The notes beneath the pieces are model-generated. The model worked only from the letters and a program-made list of their open reading frames with translations. It ran no database searches and was not told the DNA's origin. Below, piece by piece: positions 31,101 through 40,043 of a DNA stretch of 64,000 nt. Position 1 is the first letter of the stretch. Each line of letters opens with the position of its first letter. The stretch is from a virus. The position numbers and the translations under genes were made by a program. The stretch lies in IMG/VR virus record IMGVR_UViG_3300009000_000003; one strand, 5' to 3'.

Positions 31101-31211
31101 ATGGGATCGGCACATAGATTTGCATCTGCAGGTGGAAAAGCTTTTGTAGGTATACAAGATAATAGAATGCCAATTTCTAATTCTTATATTGCTAATTCTT
31201 TAAGAGATTAA
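25131..31211 (+). CDS. Large tape-measure-locus virion protein with putative two-barrel (DPBB) RNA polymerase motifs; candidate virion RNA polymerase
   Basis: 2026 aa. LAEGVAYL (26772), GTKLFGFATKD (27108-27140), MVMRNP (28659-28670) and MIGDFDADYY (29910-29924) occur in RNAP order. Hydrophobic terminal segments. Confidence 0.6.
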   Translation: MKKPSFLNFSEEQNQNRKNTVQNLLAAGAVGGLGYAGYKNFLNSPAEITKALTGLNAPTELRQAGEEIGKGLRTSKEVLETSKKIELDKFVENINNQLDDILDQTSNVAPEERRAFFASFFETVKNEQISAGVNTDDLLKQAYDDVATLNDTQKAVLTDMFNMQIKGSEKTSRRFNKAYAKYSSNMNLFAETTKREIPSGIPTSNIRRNVSVPSDIQSKYNEIVNLARGSNYSVSLDEVDEGGVKGLYARFTKNGGQSETLVLRAGTDTAGNPIIRAGENLQTRYVAPLKVLNAPAMIDSRTMRSVNAGTVKQAMGNGIITDYADYVFNLFKSQIGGRSGFANLNRSNFSKFNQLITASAMYAPSEAGKLSDASSRAIASSRKLFSSSFLISGLEQFSPEQRGQVNKILLEAFPQDFAGVSSVQTMTRDYENPFMRGSNLSFAKLGYAGKDIPGYASPFKYLKFYGRDSIDRAVQKQTAREYQMIGREETVLGIDGIDKFGKGGVIKTTGVGSDLIGINKAYSGTATGLNLGGVIFKKKAAEKLGLAEGVAYLGGTVRNEIISTLTVNPNIGIAETNLLKKLKQGSITVGGAGANYSVDEFFQKYAGKDGRVIVGEIDTGFSTIQRRSGLESFQLELYDQAGGSRPNYKIRQTSQLRNPGTKLFGFATKDTTNQITEEQLRARLKNVGAEDFGDLYFGENVGGNIKSTLVTTSGQLKKSSTYFSNFMVGGFAQIGGDVAKLENAIRADIGGDTNYLNLINKTYGTSYANLNQAPDAYRSGVQLLATAQNIITSGRTQRLGSRELGHIVGVLEDSIGKFGMDENLFNKIISKGDDAFQKAARSNIGFGVTYATTGGVHSELKRNLARMEPRAFNYMYTSLRSNMGLSANEAKKYMASFVGRMEGSTEKSLILPGMTAAQFSLSPMNEMEFSKYVSSVGNIGAMDDADVAKLFSLGQGNESEVIEILSKYGQGSTVDLKKVISDPKKLTAISEMLGGRTSLFFGGAQVFDNLSGFSLKSGEELLNIENEYNRSVTDLITSISSIRDSRSDTELSNRTQQFKYAKKYMADITGKTIRQSLSGSVSGSGSYMGAGIILGNSKANSTLVSNNVTDMGELTNAFEKNKGYVVFQDAQAFLDGMSTYRDGLKGENKDKAVAKRVRQFFLGMHTKDKEAVTAMVMRNPNINFTHFLPGMGLMRYDFNKGNRDQFFEMFRGRSVPLINYDRVNEINEKLMGIYDPKAKKHSGKGLFEVLNAENPANIRRLLYAHLEGLGTTDGYSTDDLKNRFGKDYDILKKHYKKAGASYKYYLDKEIKLKKKVQKTLKTRMKKGEDLKIDLDNVQKEIQDLLKKQKEARYKEGKLTSKAVHDSLMEYYETIFKDSKFQIQQNSFLRNLEQFAFSENYEKDDVSKTISDTLEKIKGMKNYSKLDVFHHLMGMDFGEIKTLKYDGKEESKIKKYYSTEETDKVAAKIKKLLDEKKALLDPSVSNNKIQGNKLNILERQLELNKNSLTSFEDIARLYEQRSDEIIQTKSGKDITVGEQLDKYFASMLRHHQNFGEVGGGRIYFPQIDVEGTLESGGKSFKFSERIDFSRMMIGDFDADYYQVFHDTDAFNKNAADHFGLYKAGGEYLIHKQLLGEGMAQLGKRLGVGEISIGQSVLDEYQKEKVIKEVGGLDVQVKIGMLGAIRAAEENSLRTGGKEYMSESMRSVSSLVAVAQEVLAIKGKSLPTAANVAEAFTSSLKESYKTGKGDAIFNFFQENVFKGTLLEKEGKIKFSNIDFLNLDESLETTKQLKSFLMDIEIDTSVFRRHLDELASNVKKYGLDALGSDTRTGSALMSGDIASIQLLNRLMSASAEGGLFDSSGNFDQSQLERISRDISGGSKQVFFKAAPRNFGGLIAGVLGGSYLLGATNNVSSLQLSEENFSDIRASQNIGNKHVSQMFANKDHNGSISSLNNSGYDSTFYQRPINQGETMVIKNNRTRFYGEAATQSEAMGSAHRFASAGGKAFVGIQDNRMPISNSYIANSLRD

Positions 31212-31212
31212 T

Positions 31213-32619
31213 ATGTTAGATAATTTAATTAATGTTGATGCTAATCAGGAAGAAATTAATTTTTATATTAATGACGTAGGTCTATTTGTAGCACCTACAA
31301 GCATTTCTATACATAAAGAAGGAATGACATATAGTTCTAAAACTTTGCGCACCAATACAAGTGTAAAATTTGGATCTGGTAACGGAATTTACCACGTACA
31401 ATTAAGCTTAGTATTTCCTCCAGATAGCCTAGTTCAGTTACATAGAATCATTGTACAAATAAAAAATAACCCATTTGTTTACATAGAAAATGATTTTATT
31501 AAATCTTCAATAGACCCATTAGAATTAAATGAGCCTATTAAAGATAGAGACAATTCTTTATTTTTTACTTGCATGGGAATTAATGTAATCAATCACCCGA
31601 GTTCTCCCGCATCATTTATTTGTGAAGTAGATTTAAGATTATTTAATGAAAAAGCTTACTCTTCAAGATTAGAATATAAAGATGATGTAACTGAAAATAT
31701 TTACAAAGATCAAAAATTGACTGAGATATCTTTTAATATTCCGTTTGGAGACAGCGAAGAATTAAATATTATTAATGAATTTCCAATTAATCAAAGTAAT
31801 TCAATAAGAAGCTATAATAAAATTTTTGCAGATAAAAAAAATCCAACTAGAAAAGTAAGGCAACCTTACAAATCTAAAATATATATAAGGTATTCTAATT
31901 GGTTGCAAAATTATTATCTTCAAGATTGTTTTCGAATAAATATATTTGAAATATTAGAAGAAGAATATTCAAAAGATGAAATTAAAAACATTTTATATAA
32001 TTTAAAATTAGGTAATATAGGCCTACATAATCTTTTTTATACAAGTGTTAATTTAAATAAATTAAGAGATAATATAATTTATCAAATGTTATCTCATGCA
32101 ACGTTTACGCAAGTGTTAATGAGGAATTTTATAGAATTTAATTTAAATTATGAACTGTTAAAAGAAATTCAAGATTTTATAAATAAAAATGGTTTGCAAG
32201 GTAGAGCAGAGCAAGCAAAAAAATTAATGAGTTATTTTGAAAATAATGAAGCAATAGAAAATATAAGCGATGAAGAATTTTTAAATAATGAATTTACAAG
32301 TTCACTTAATTTGCCCTTAATTGATAATTTAGTTCACCCAAATATTTCTTATGATTTTGTAAGTATTCTTCCAAAAATAAGTGAAGAAACAATTTTAAAT
32401 TATAAGGAAGATGATTTTAATCTAAATATATATCATATAAAATATGCTAATATTTCAATAAATAATATAAAAGTTTTATCACCAGCAGAAGGTATAATAT
32501 CATTTAAAGATAATGTAATAGAAATACAAACAAATAATTATGGAATTATTAAATATTTAAATATTCAATGCACAGATAATTTAAAAGAATTTTATAAAAG
32601 TACAAATTATCAAGTATAA
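31213..32619 (+). CDS. Baseplate/tail-associated protein, N-terminal part of a gene interrupted by a single in-frame TAA
   Basis: Same frame as 32641..34320. The stop falls within an M23-like YQV*AGSVVG motif. Confidence 0.55.
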   Translation: MLDNLINVDANQEEINFYINDVGLFVAPTSISIHKEGMTYSSKTLRTNTSVKFGSGNGIYHVQLSLVFPPDSLVQLHRIIVQIKNNPFVYIENDFIKSSIDPLELNEPIKDRDNSLFFTCMGINVINHPSSPASFICEVDLRLFNEKAYSSRLEYKDDVTENIYKDQKLTEISFNIPFGDSEELNIINEFPINQSNSIRSYNKIFADKKNPTRKVRQPYKSKIYIRYSNWLQNYYLQDCFRINIFEILEEEYSKDEIKNILYNLKLGNIGLHNLFYTSVNLNKLRDNIIYQMLSHATFTQVLMRNFIEFNLNYELLKEIQDFINKNGLQGRAEQAKKLMSYFENNEAIENISDEEFLNNEFTSSLNLPLIDNLVHPNISYDFVSILPKISEETILNYKEDDFNLNIYHIKYANISINNIKVLSPAEGIISFKDNVIEIQTNNYGIIKYLNIQCTDNLKEFYKSTNYQV

Positions 32620-32640
32620 GCTGGAAGCGTTGTTGGTTTT

Positions 32641-34320
32641 ATGAAAAACAATTATGTTAGTGTTGAATTATTAGGAAAAATAAAAAATAAATTTGAATCT
32701 TTAAAAGAAGTAAAAAATACTTTTTTTAAAAACAGTACTAAAGATAAATTAAATTTAATGAAAGAATATACTGATTATATTAAATCTAACTTTGATTTAT
32801 ATATTGAAAGAGCTGGATTAGAAAATATATTTCAAAATGAAACAAACATAACTTTTAATTCAGAATTAACATTAGCAGATATTCAAAGACTTACTGGAAT
32901 TAAAAAACCAGTAGATTTTGAAGAACCAGAATTTAAAAATAATAATACTAGTATAACTAGTATATCTGGATCACTAAGACATATTATGTCTAGTATTCCT
33001 ATATTAGGATTAGAATATCCTACACATCAATTTTTAGGTTCAATTGAACCAGTATATCAAATAAATTTATTAGAAAATAACCGTTTAATAAATGAAGAAT
33101 CTTCTAAGATAAAAAGATTAGAAGAATTTCGTAGAAACGGAATGTTTTATATTAAAAACTTTCCAGAAATACCAGATTCAAATCAATTAATTGTAGACTC
33201 TTTTATTACTAGATTGTTTGGAAGTTATAGAGAGTTTGAAAGTTTTCAAGTACTTGATGAAGAAACTTTAAAAAAGAAAAATTTTAACATTTCATTAGAC
33301 TCTATGGATACTTTTACGGTTGATGGTTCACCAAATACTTACGGAGTGAATCTTAGATTATCTGAATCCAAGTCATACAATGACGAGAATATAAAACCGG
33401 CAGCAAGTAATAAGCTTGGAGATAATGCTAAAAAAGAAATTCAAAAATATTTTGAAAACAAAATGCCAATTTATAAAGAAAGTTTTTTTAATAGTTCTGC
33501 ACCAGTAAAAAATGCTCCAAAAGCAAGCAAAATTATACCACAAAACAATGATTATGTTTTTATGAATTGGACTTCAGAGCGAGGATTTTTTGATGCAGAA
33601 ACTTTTTACCAGAGACCACGTTCTTATAAATATAGCAATAAATTAGTTCCTTTTTTACAAAATTTTGATAATAATGAACAAGATCCAATAGGCCTGCTTT
33701 ACAGTCCAGATAAAAATTTATATGCATTAGCTAATTTATTAGATGGTATTCAAAATATTTTAAATCATTATGAATCGCCAAATAATCCTGGAAAAGTAGG
33801 ATACAGTATAAATCTTTTTTCAACATTAAGAGATTATCATATAGTTCCTAATTCTACTAGTTTTAAAAGTGCTCACAAAACAGGATCGGCAGCAGATACA
33901 GTTGTAAGTGGATTAAATGTTATGGAATTTGCTTCTATATGCAAATATTTGATAGATCACAATCATATTATACACCCTTATGCTGAAAGTAGAGGGGTTT
34001 CTCAACTTACTATTGGAATAGGGATGTATGGAGCAAATGCGCATGATATTAATGTAAAAATGTCAGATAGATATGCTGGTGTAAGAGGATTTGTACATAT
34101 AGATTTAAACCCAACTGTAAAGTTTCTTAATTTTCCAAGAGGAATGCTGTATAATTTTAATTTTAATACAAAGTGGAATAGACTCTGGTTTGGAAAAGAT
34201 GCTAAAGATAAATTTAATCCAGGAACAAGTGTATTCGGATGGTGGTCCCAAAATTATAATCAAATAATTGAGACTATTAAGCCAAAACTATTAGAAGCTA
34301 TAGAAAAATCTAAGGAATAA
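32641..34320 (+). CDS. Baseplate/tail-associated protein with C-terminal peptidase M15-like (LAS Zn-metallopeptidase) domain
   Basis: STLRD...SAHKTGSAAD (H 33874, D 33895)...GIGMY...GFVHID (H 34096): the H-x6-D and HxD zinc ligands of M15 peptidases. Confidence 0.7.
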   Translation: MKNNYVSVELLGKIKNKFESLKEVKNTFFKNSTKDKLNLMKEYTDYIKSNFDLYIERAGLENIFQNETNITFNSELTLADIQRLTGIKKPVDFEEPEFKNNNTSITSISGSLRHIMSSIPILGLEYPTHQFLGSIEPVYQINLLENNRLINEESSKIKRLEEFRRNGMFYIKNFPEIPDSNQLIVDSFITRLFGSYREFESFQVLDEETLKKKNFNISLDSMDTFTVDGSPNTYGVNLRLSESKSYNDENIKPAASNKLGDNAKKEIQKYFENKMPIYKESFFNSSAPVKNAPKASKIIPQNNDYVFMNWTSERGFFDAETFYQRPRSYKYSNKLVPFLQNFDNNEQDPIGLLYSPDKNLYALANLLDGIQNILNHYESPNNPGKVGYSINLFSTLRDYHIVPNSTSFKSAHKTGSAADTVVSGLNVMEFASICKYLIDHNHIIHPYAESRGVSQLTIGIGMYGANAHDINVKMSDRYAGVRGFVHIDLNPTVKFLNFPRGMLYNFNFNTKWNRLWFGKDAKDKFNPGTSVFGWWSQNYNQIIETIKPKLLEAIEKSKE

Positions 34321-34325
34321 AAGCA

Positions 34326-37300
34326 ATGGCTGATTTGGATCTAAATTTAAATGATTTAGAAGAAAGTGATTCTTCTGAAGTTAAAACCGAAGGAAATGAG
34401 CTATTATCTCCTGCTAAAAAAGAACCGTTAAATTTAAATGAAGATCAACGAGAACAATATTTTAAAGATTTAAAAGCACAATTGAATATAATGAGAGGTG
34501 GGAGATTTTCAAAAGGGAGCTATTATACTTATGATGATAAAATAAAAATTAGCGAAAATTATGAAGCTTCAGGTGGACCGATTTTAATTATTGAAAATAA
34601 TGAAAATTCTAGCAACGACAATGTAAATCAATTTCTTCAAGAATTAAAATCAAAAAAATTGATTTCAATACCATCTACGCAAGATATGAAAATTGTAGAA
34701 AAGAAAAAAGATGGTAAAAAAAGAATAGAAATTTATATAAAACCAAAACCATATATTAAAGAAAAAATAAAAAATGCTGAACTTTTAAAAGCATTTAAAG
34801 ATTTTGCGTCACTAATATTAACTGAACCTTATTTATATAAAGATACAATTGAAGAACAAGATCAAGAGCTAAAAAGAATTCAATCAGAATTATACAATTT
34901 AAATATTTATCCTTGTTTTTATAATTTTATAGAGGCTTCTATTTTTGGTTCAGAAAATGCTCACTACGAATCTGCAAGTTTCTTTAGAAGTATAATGGAA
35001 AACCAAGGAAAAATTGGACTTGCTACTAGTGCTGCTAGTACAGCTGGTAGTGTTACAGCAACTGGACTTGCATTAGCGAGTATATACGCAACAATAAGTG
35101 TTCCAGTCATAGTTGTAAGTGGAGCTGCGTTTGTGATTGTAGGAGGAACTGTTTATTTTGTAAGCTCTTTATTTGATAGTAGTACAGAAAATAGTGCTAA
35201 ATTAAATTATAAAAGAGTTTTATATTCTAAAAATAGCTATGATGTAAATAAATTTAATTATTATATAAATGATATTTATAAATATGAAATTAAAGAAATA
35301 ATTGGTGACATCAGTTTTGATCGAGATTTATTATCTGAATTAGCAAGCGGAAATACAGTTGCTAAAGCAACAGAAACTTATTTAAAAAAAGTAATTTCAA
35401 AGCATTCTACAATTAAAATATTTGAAGAAGAAATTTTAAAAAGTAATGTTGCTTCTAAAATAAATAATTTAATTAGTAAATCTTTACAACAAGAATTAAA
35501 AGATAAATCTGATAATAATGAATTAAGCAATATTTTTTCACAAGACGTAATCGGAAAAGAATACAATGATTATATAACTTGGTTATTTGATATACCTGCT
35601 GATTACGATTTAGATTTTAATGATTATGAAGCTGAAGAAATTTTTGATATTGAAGAAAGAGAAAAAAATAAACATTATTTTAGTGACTCTCAGTTTATTA
35701 TTAAAAACGATGAGGATTTATTTTGGACAGATAATCACAAAGTAGGAGATACAGAATCTCCTTTAGCAAAATTGTTTGATTATCAATGGGCAAATAAAGA
35801 AAAGCCTTTAGAAAGTGTAACTGTTAAAGAATTTTATTTTGACAAAAGAAAAAAAGAAATAGAATCTCAACAAAATAAAAAGCTAACTCTCCTAAAAGAA
35901 ATGTATGAAATGCTTTTGGAAGATGCTGCTATTTTAAATTTTGATAATATTCTAGAAGAAAATCCAGAGCTAGCAGAAACAATAAATGAAGAATCTGTTT
36001 TCAAATTATTAGAAGACAGCCCATATCCAGATATTATTACACCTTTTAATCCGTTACTTAAAAAAAGAAATTTAAAAGCAAATAAATACGCGCCTTGGTT
36101 TTACTATTCAGATTCTATTTCTAATGGTGAATTAAAAAAAGAAAAAACAATTTTAAATACTATTTTAAACAGAAGTGAAGAATTTAAAAACCAATTAACA
36201 AACCCAAGCAACGCTTTATTTGGAGGACCTTCAAGTAAACTTCCTCTTAAAATAGATACATGGTCTCCTGGAATATTTACTTCTGGAGATAAAAATTTAA
36301 AAACTTTTAAAGATATTCGTTATGATGAAGATGAAATAAAAGTTAGCAATTCTGGAACAATTGACATACCAGCCGATACTATTAAAGACGGTAAAAAAGC
36401 TGTCGAAACTTTTTTAGATAATTTAAAAAAACAGCATCAAGGAAATTTAAACGAAGTTAAAAGTTTTAAAAAGAATTTTGGAAATAAATATTTTAATAAT
36501 ATAATTGAAAAACCAATAACAGATAAAACTTTAAATAAATTAAAAGAAAATATAATTCCTGAAGAGTCAAATCAATCTTTAACAAAACTCTCTGACGAAT
36601 CATTTAAAGATTATAAAAAATATTCAGGTATCAAAGGAGCTTTTCCTACTTTTAGATTATATATAGTAGAAGAAGACGCTATACATAGTTCAAGATATAC
36701 TGCTTATGACGACTTCTTTAATTATAACTCTGTTATATCTTTTAGAGTCCATACAGATAAAGATATGTCTGCATCTACAGCTAATATCCAGGTGCAGAAT
36801 ATTTCTGGGATATTAGACGGAACTAAAAAGTTTGTTAAGCGAGACATTGATATACAACGATCAGATTATAATCAGAATGCAGATGATTTAATTAATGACC
36901 AAATAGAATCTATAGTTTTAAGAAAAGGTATTAACGTTCAACTAAGAGCTGGTTATGGAGCAAGTACGGAAGATTTAGATGTATTAATATCAGGGCGAAT
37001 TACTGAAATAAATTATAGTAACGATAATATGATCTGTAATCTTACTGTACAAAGCTATGGCGTTGAATTAGACGTAGTGTCTTATGGGCAAAATGCTAAA
37101 GATAATACTAGTGCAACATTTGATACGACCCACCAATTGTTAGGTTCTTTAATATTAAGCAAAGAATTAAAACATTTTGGAAGGGTTCGCACTGGAAAAA
37201 TTTTTCAAACACACGAAAATAAATCTCCAAGCTTAGATACAGAAAAATATTACGATTCAGAAGCTTTTGATTTTAATTATACTTATGGATTGTATGATTG

Positions 37301-40043
37301 GTTTAAAGAAAATGAAACATATATTTTACTTGGATCTTTATTTTCAGGAATTATTTTAAAGCAAGCAGGGACAGCATTTAAATGGTTAGGTAAAACTAAG
37401 GCAGGTAAATGGACTGCAACTAAATATAGTACAATTAAAGGAAGTAGTGTAGTAGATGCTGCAATTAAAGGAGTTAAAGATAATTTTAAAAAATTTGATG
37501 ATTATTTAAAATTTGGAAACATTACAGACGATCTTATAAGTCCCGGATATCTTGCAGATTTTAATTTAATAAGATATTTTCCTGCTGCAATTTATGCAGC
37601 AGGAAAAGGATTAATAAAAGGGGTCCGTTGGGGATTTAGTTCTGTATATAAAACTAACCCTAAGTTAAATAGATTGAGTGATCAAAGTTTAATAAACTAT
37701 TTAAATGGAAATTTAAAAAACAATCAAAAAGAAATTATAGAAAAATTTATAGATAATAAAATTATCAAAGGAGCTTATGAAACTATTGTTAATCAAGAAC
37801 TAATAGCTAGAGGGGTATTTTTAAAAAGAGCAATTAAAGGAAAAAGATTGCAAGTATTTAAAGAGTGGACAAAAGGAGCAATTACGTATGGAGGTAAAAG
37901 AGCAGTTGCTGGGTTAGCAATAAGTGCTATTGCAGGTTTAGCAGACATATTATCAAATGGAGTTTCTTATGTCTGGGAAGGTATAAAAAATACTTTTATG
38001 GAAGCTTTTTATTTAAAGAAGAACTTTAAAAGAAAAATTCTTTTATCTCCACAAGACGATAATTTATTTTGTCCGAATCCAGAAGATTATATTTTAAATC
38101 AAAGTAGCTTTTCAGAAACTATTTATAGAGCGGCTTATATCCCAGCATCATTTTTTAATTCAGAAACATTTGGTTTACCAGGAATCGTTGCTTCATTATT
38201 CGGTTTCGATATTTTTGAAAATGAAGATCAAAATTATAAAAATATAAATAAATTCTTTAATAAAAAATTTATAGCAAAGGAAGCTCAATTTAAATTAATA
38301 AATAAAACTATTTGGGATACTTTTGGAGAATGCACTTTAAGGCACCCAGGATATGTTAGAGCAGTAAGACCTTATGGAAACTCTATGGAGTACAGAGTTT
38401 TCTTTGGATTGCCATCACAAAGATATTGGTCTAAAGACATTTCATTATTAGATGTAACAAGAATAAATCGAATATTTGAAGAATCGTCAGATGATGGATT
38501 GCTTCCAATAGAGACATTAAACTTTTTATATAAAAATAAAATAGATTATTATAAAAAAATTACTAAAAAAACTAATTTGGACAATGAAGATATAAAGCTT
38601 TTCAGTAATTTAGCTTTAGAAGAATATCTGAATAAAACAAAAGAAAGATTTATTCCAATCAGAAAATTTTACAGAGTATCTTCTAAATCAAATTTAATAC
38701 AAAATGGAATAACAGTATCTGATCATAATGTTATCAACACAGCGCTGGTGCACTATTTAGATGGAAATCGTTCCGCAAAAGATAGTGATAGTGCAGATTC
38801 TGCTGTTTTAAAAAGCATAAAATTAAGTGCGCATGGAAACATTCCACCAAATTTAGAAAGAGACACTAGCGTAAAAAGTATAAATATTAGAGGTGTAGCA
38901 GCAGCCTTTAGATATGGCGTTTCTACTGTGCTTGAAGGTATGAAAAATATTTATCAAGGTAATTTATTAATACTTGGCAACTCTAAAATTATGCCTATTG
39001 ATGCAGTAGTATTAGACGACAATATAACAAAAATGTACGGGCCATTAGAAGTTAAAAGCGTTACACACATGTTTAGTCATGAAACTGGTTTTTTAACTGA
39101 TTTAGAAGTTAGAGCTATGACAACTTATGGTTCAGATGGTTTAACATACCCTATGATGAATGCATCTATTTTATATCAAGCTAAGGAAGCTATATTTAAT
39201 AAATATAGTTCTAGGAATGATTATGAAGCAGATTTAAATTCATTGTTTCCTGACTGGATTAACGATATTTATTTAAAAGACGTAATACAAGATATTGTAG
39301 ATGATGTCGTTGAAGAAATAAATGAACCAGTAAGCAATGAAAATAAAAAGAAATTAGTAGAAAAGTATGTTGAAGATGTAAAAAAAGAAATTGAAGAAAA
39401 TAAAACTTTCTTTTTACAAGATATAGTCAATCCTAATTTTGAGTTACCTCAAAGTTTAAACGATACAATAGAAAACGTAGGACTTACTTTATTTAGTACA
39501 GGAGCTTTAGCTGGGGCTGGAGGGGCGGCAATAGAGAAACTTGTAAATGAAACTGCAGCAATTAAAATAGCATCTAGAACTAGATATGGTGCAATTATTA
39601 CCGCAGCCTTAGGAGCTGCAACATATTTTGCTTCAGATAAAATTTTAGATGCTGCAAGTGATTCAATTAGTAGCGGAATGATTGGTAAAAATTTATTTAG
39701 GCCAATGATTCTTTCAAAAGCAGACAACTCTTCGTTAATAGAAGTTTACCCATTAGTAAAAGATGGAGTACCTTTATTAGCTGGAGGATTAGAAGCATTA
39801 AACGGAGACTCTCATTTCTACCAAGCATTAGGAAATGTGTTTACACAATTCTCTGACGCTTACGAAGGTTATTTAAAAAAAGAAAAAGAAATTAATTCTT
39901 TGGGAGAAGAGTCTGCATATGTAATGGGTACAGATAATATTTGGAGTGAAATAGAAACAGCTAAAATTGAAGACAGTGATGATGGAATTAGCTTTATGCA
40001 ACAAATAAATTACTTTAGATATAAAGGTGACAATAATGAGTAA
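34326..40043 (+). CDS. Large baseplate hub-like protein with inserted hydrophobic segments
   Basis: 1905 aa. STANIQVQNISG, QLRAGYG...LISGRITEI...VQSYG and YQGNLLILGN..IMP.D...EVKSVTHMFSHETGFLT are typical of gp27/gpD-type hub proteins. Confidence 0.65.
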   Translation: MADLDLNLNDLEESDSSEVKTEGNELLSPAKKEPLNLNEDQREQYFKDLKAQLNIMRGGRFSKGSYYTYDDKIKISENYEASGGPILIIENNENSSNDNVNQFLQELKSKKLISIPSTQDMKIVEKKKDGKKRIEIYIKPKPYIKEKIKNAELLKAFKDFASLILTEPYLYKDTIEEQDQELKRIQSELYNLNIYPCFYNFIEASIFGSENAHYESASFFRSIMENQGKIGLATSAASTAGSVTATGLALASIYATISVPVIVVSGAAFVIVGGTVYFVSSLFDSSTENSAKLNYKRVLYSKNSYDVNKFNYYINDIYKYEIKEIIGDISFDRDLLSELASGNTVAKATETYLKKVISKHSTIKIFEEEILKSNVASKINNLISKSLQQELKDKSDNNELSNIFSQDVIGKEYNDYITWLFDIPADYDLDFNDYEAEEIFDIEEREKNKHYFSDSQFIIKNDEDLFWTDNHKVGDTESPLAKLFDYQWANKEKPLESVTVKEFYFDKRKKEIESQQNKKLTLLKEMYEMLLEDAAILNFDNILEENPELAETINEESVFKLLEDSPYPDIITPFNPLLKKRNLKANKYAPWFYYSDSISNGELKKEKTILNTILNRSEEFKNQLTNPSNALFGGPSSKLPLKIDTWSPGIFTSGDKNLKTFKDIRYDEDEIKVSNSGTIDIPADTIKDGKKAVETFLDNLKKQHQGNLNEVKSFKKNFGNKYFNNIIEKPITDKTLNKLKENIIPEESNQSLTKLSDESFKDYKKYSGIKGAFPTFRLYIVEEDAIHSSRYTAYDDFFNYNSVISFRVHTDKDMSASTANIQVQNISGILDGTKKFVKRDIDIQRSDYNQNADDLINDQIESIVLRKGINVQLRAGYGASTEDLDVLISGRITEINYSNDNMICNLTVQSYGVELDVVSYGQNAKDNTSATFDTTHQLLGSLILSKELKHFGRVRTGKIFQTHENKSPSLDTEKYYDSEAFDFNYTYGLYDWFKENETYILLGSLFSGIILKQAGTAFKWLGKTKAGKWTATKYSTIKGSSVVDAAIKGVKDNFKKFDDYLKFGNITDDLISPGYLADFNLIRYFPAAIYAAGKGLIKGVRWGFSSVYKTNPKLNRLSDQSLINYLNGNLKNNQKEIIEKFIDNKIIKGAYETIVNQELIARGVFLKRAIKGKRLQVFKEWTKGAITYGGKRAVAGLAISAIAGLADILSNGVSYVWEGIKNTFMEAFYLKKNFKRKILLSPQDDNLFCPNPEDYILNQSSFSETIYRAAYIPASFFNSETFGLPGIVASLFGFDIFENEDQNYKNINKFFNKKFIAKEAQFKLINKTIWDTFGECTLRHPGYVRAVRPYGNSMEYRVFFGLPSQRYWSKDISLLDVTRINRIFEESSDDGLLPIETLNFLYKNKIDYYKKITKKTNLDNEDIKLFSNLALEEYLNKTKERFIPIRKFYRVSSKSNLIQNGITVSDHNVINTALVHYLDGNRSAKDSDSADSAVLKSIKLSAHGNIPPNLERDTSVKSINIRGVAAAFRYGVSTVLEGMKNIYQGNLLILGNSKIMPIDAVVLDDNITKMYGPLEVKSVTHMFSHETGFLTDLEVRAMTTYGSDGLTYPMMNASILYQAKEAIFNKYSSRNDYEADLNSLFPDWINDIYLKDVIQDIVDDVVEEINEPVSNENKKKLVEKYVEDVKKEIEENKTFFLQDIVNPNFELPQSLNDTIENVGLTLFSTGALAGAGGAAIEKLVNETAAIKIASRTRYGAIITAALGAATYFASDKILDAASDSISSGMIGKNLFRPMILSKADNSSLIEVYPLVKDGVPLLAGGLEALNGDSHFYQALGNVFTQFSDAYEGYLKKEKEINSLGEESAYVMGTDNIWSEIETAKIEDSDDGISFMQQINYFRYKGDNNE

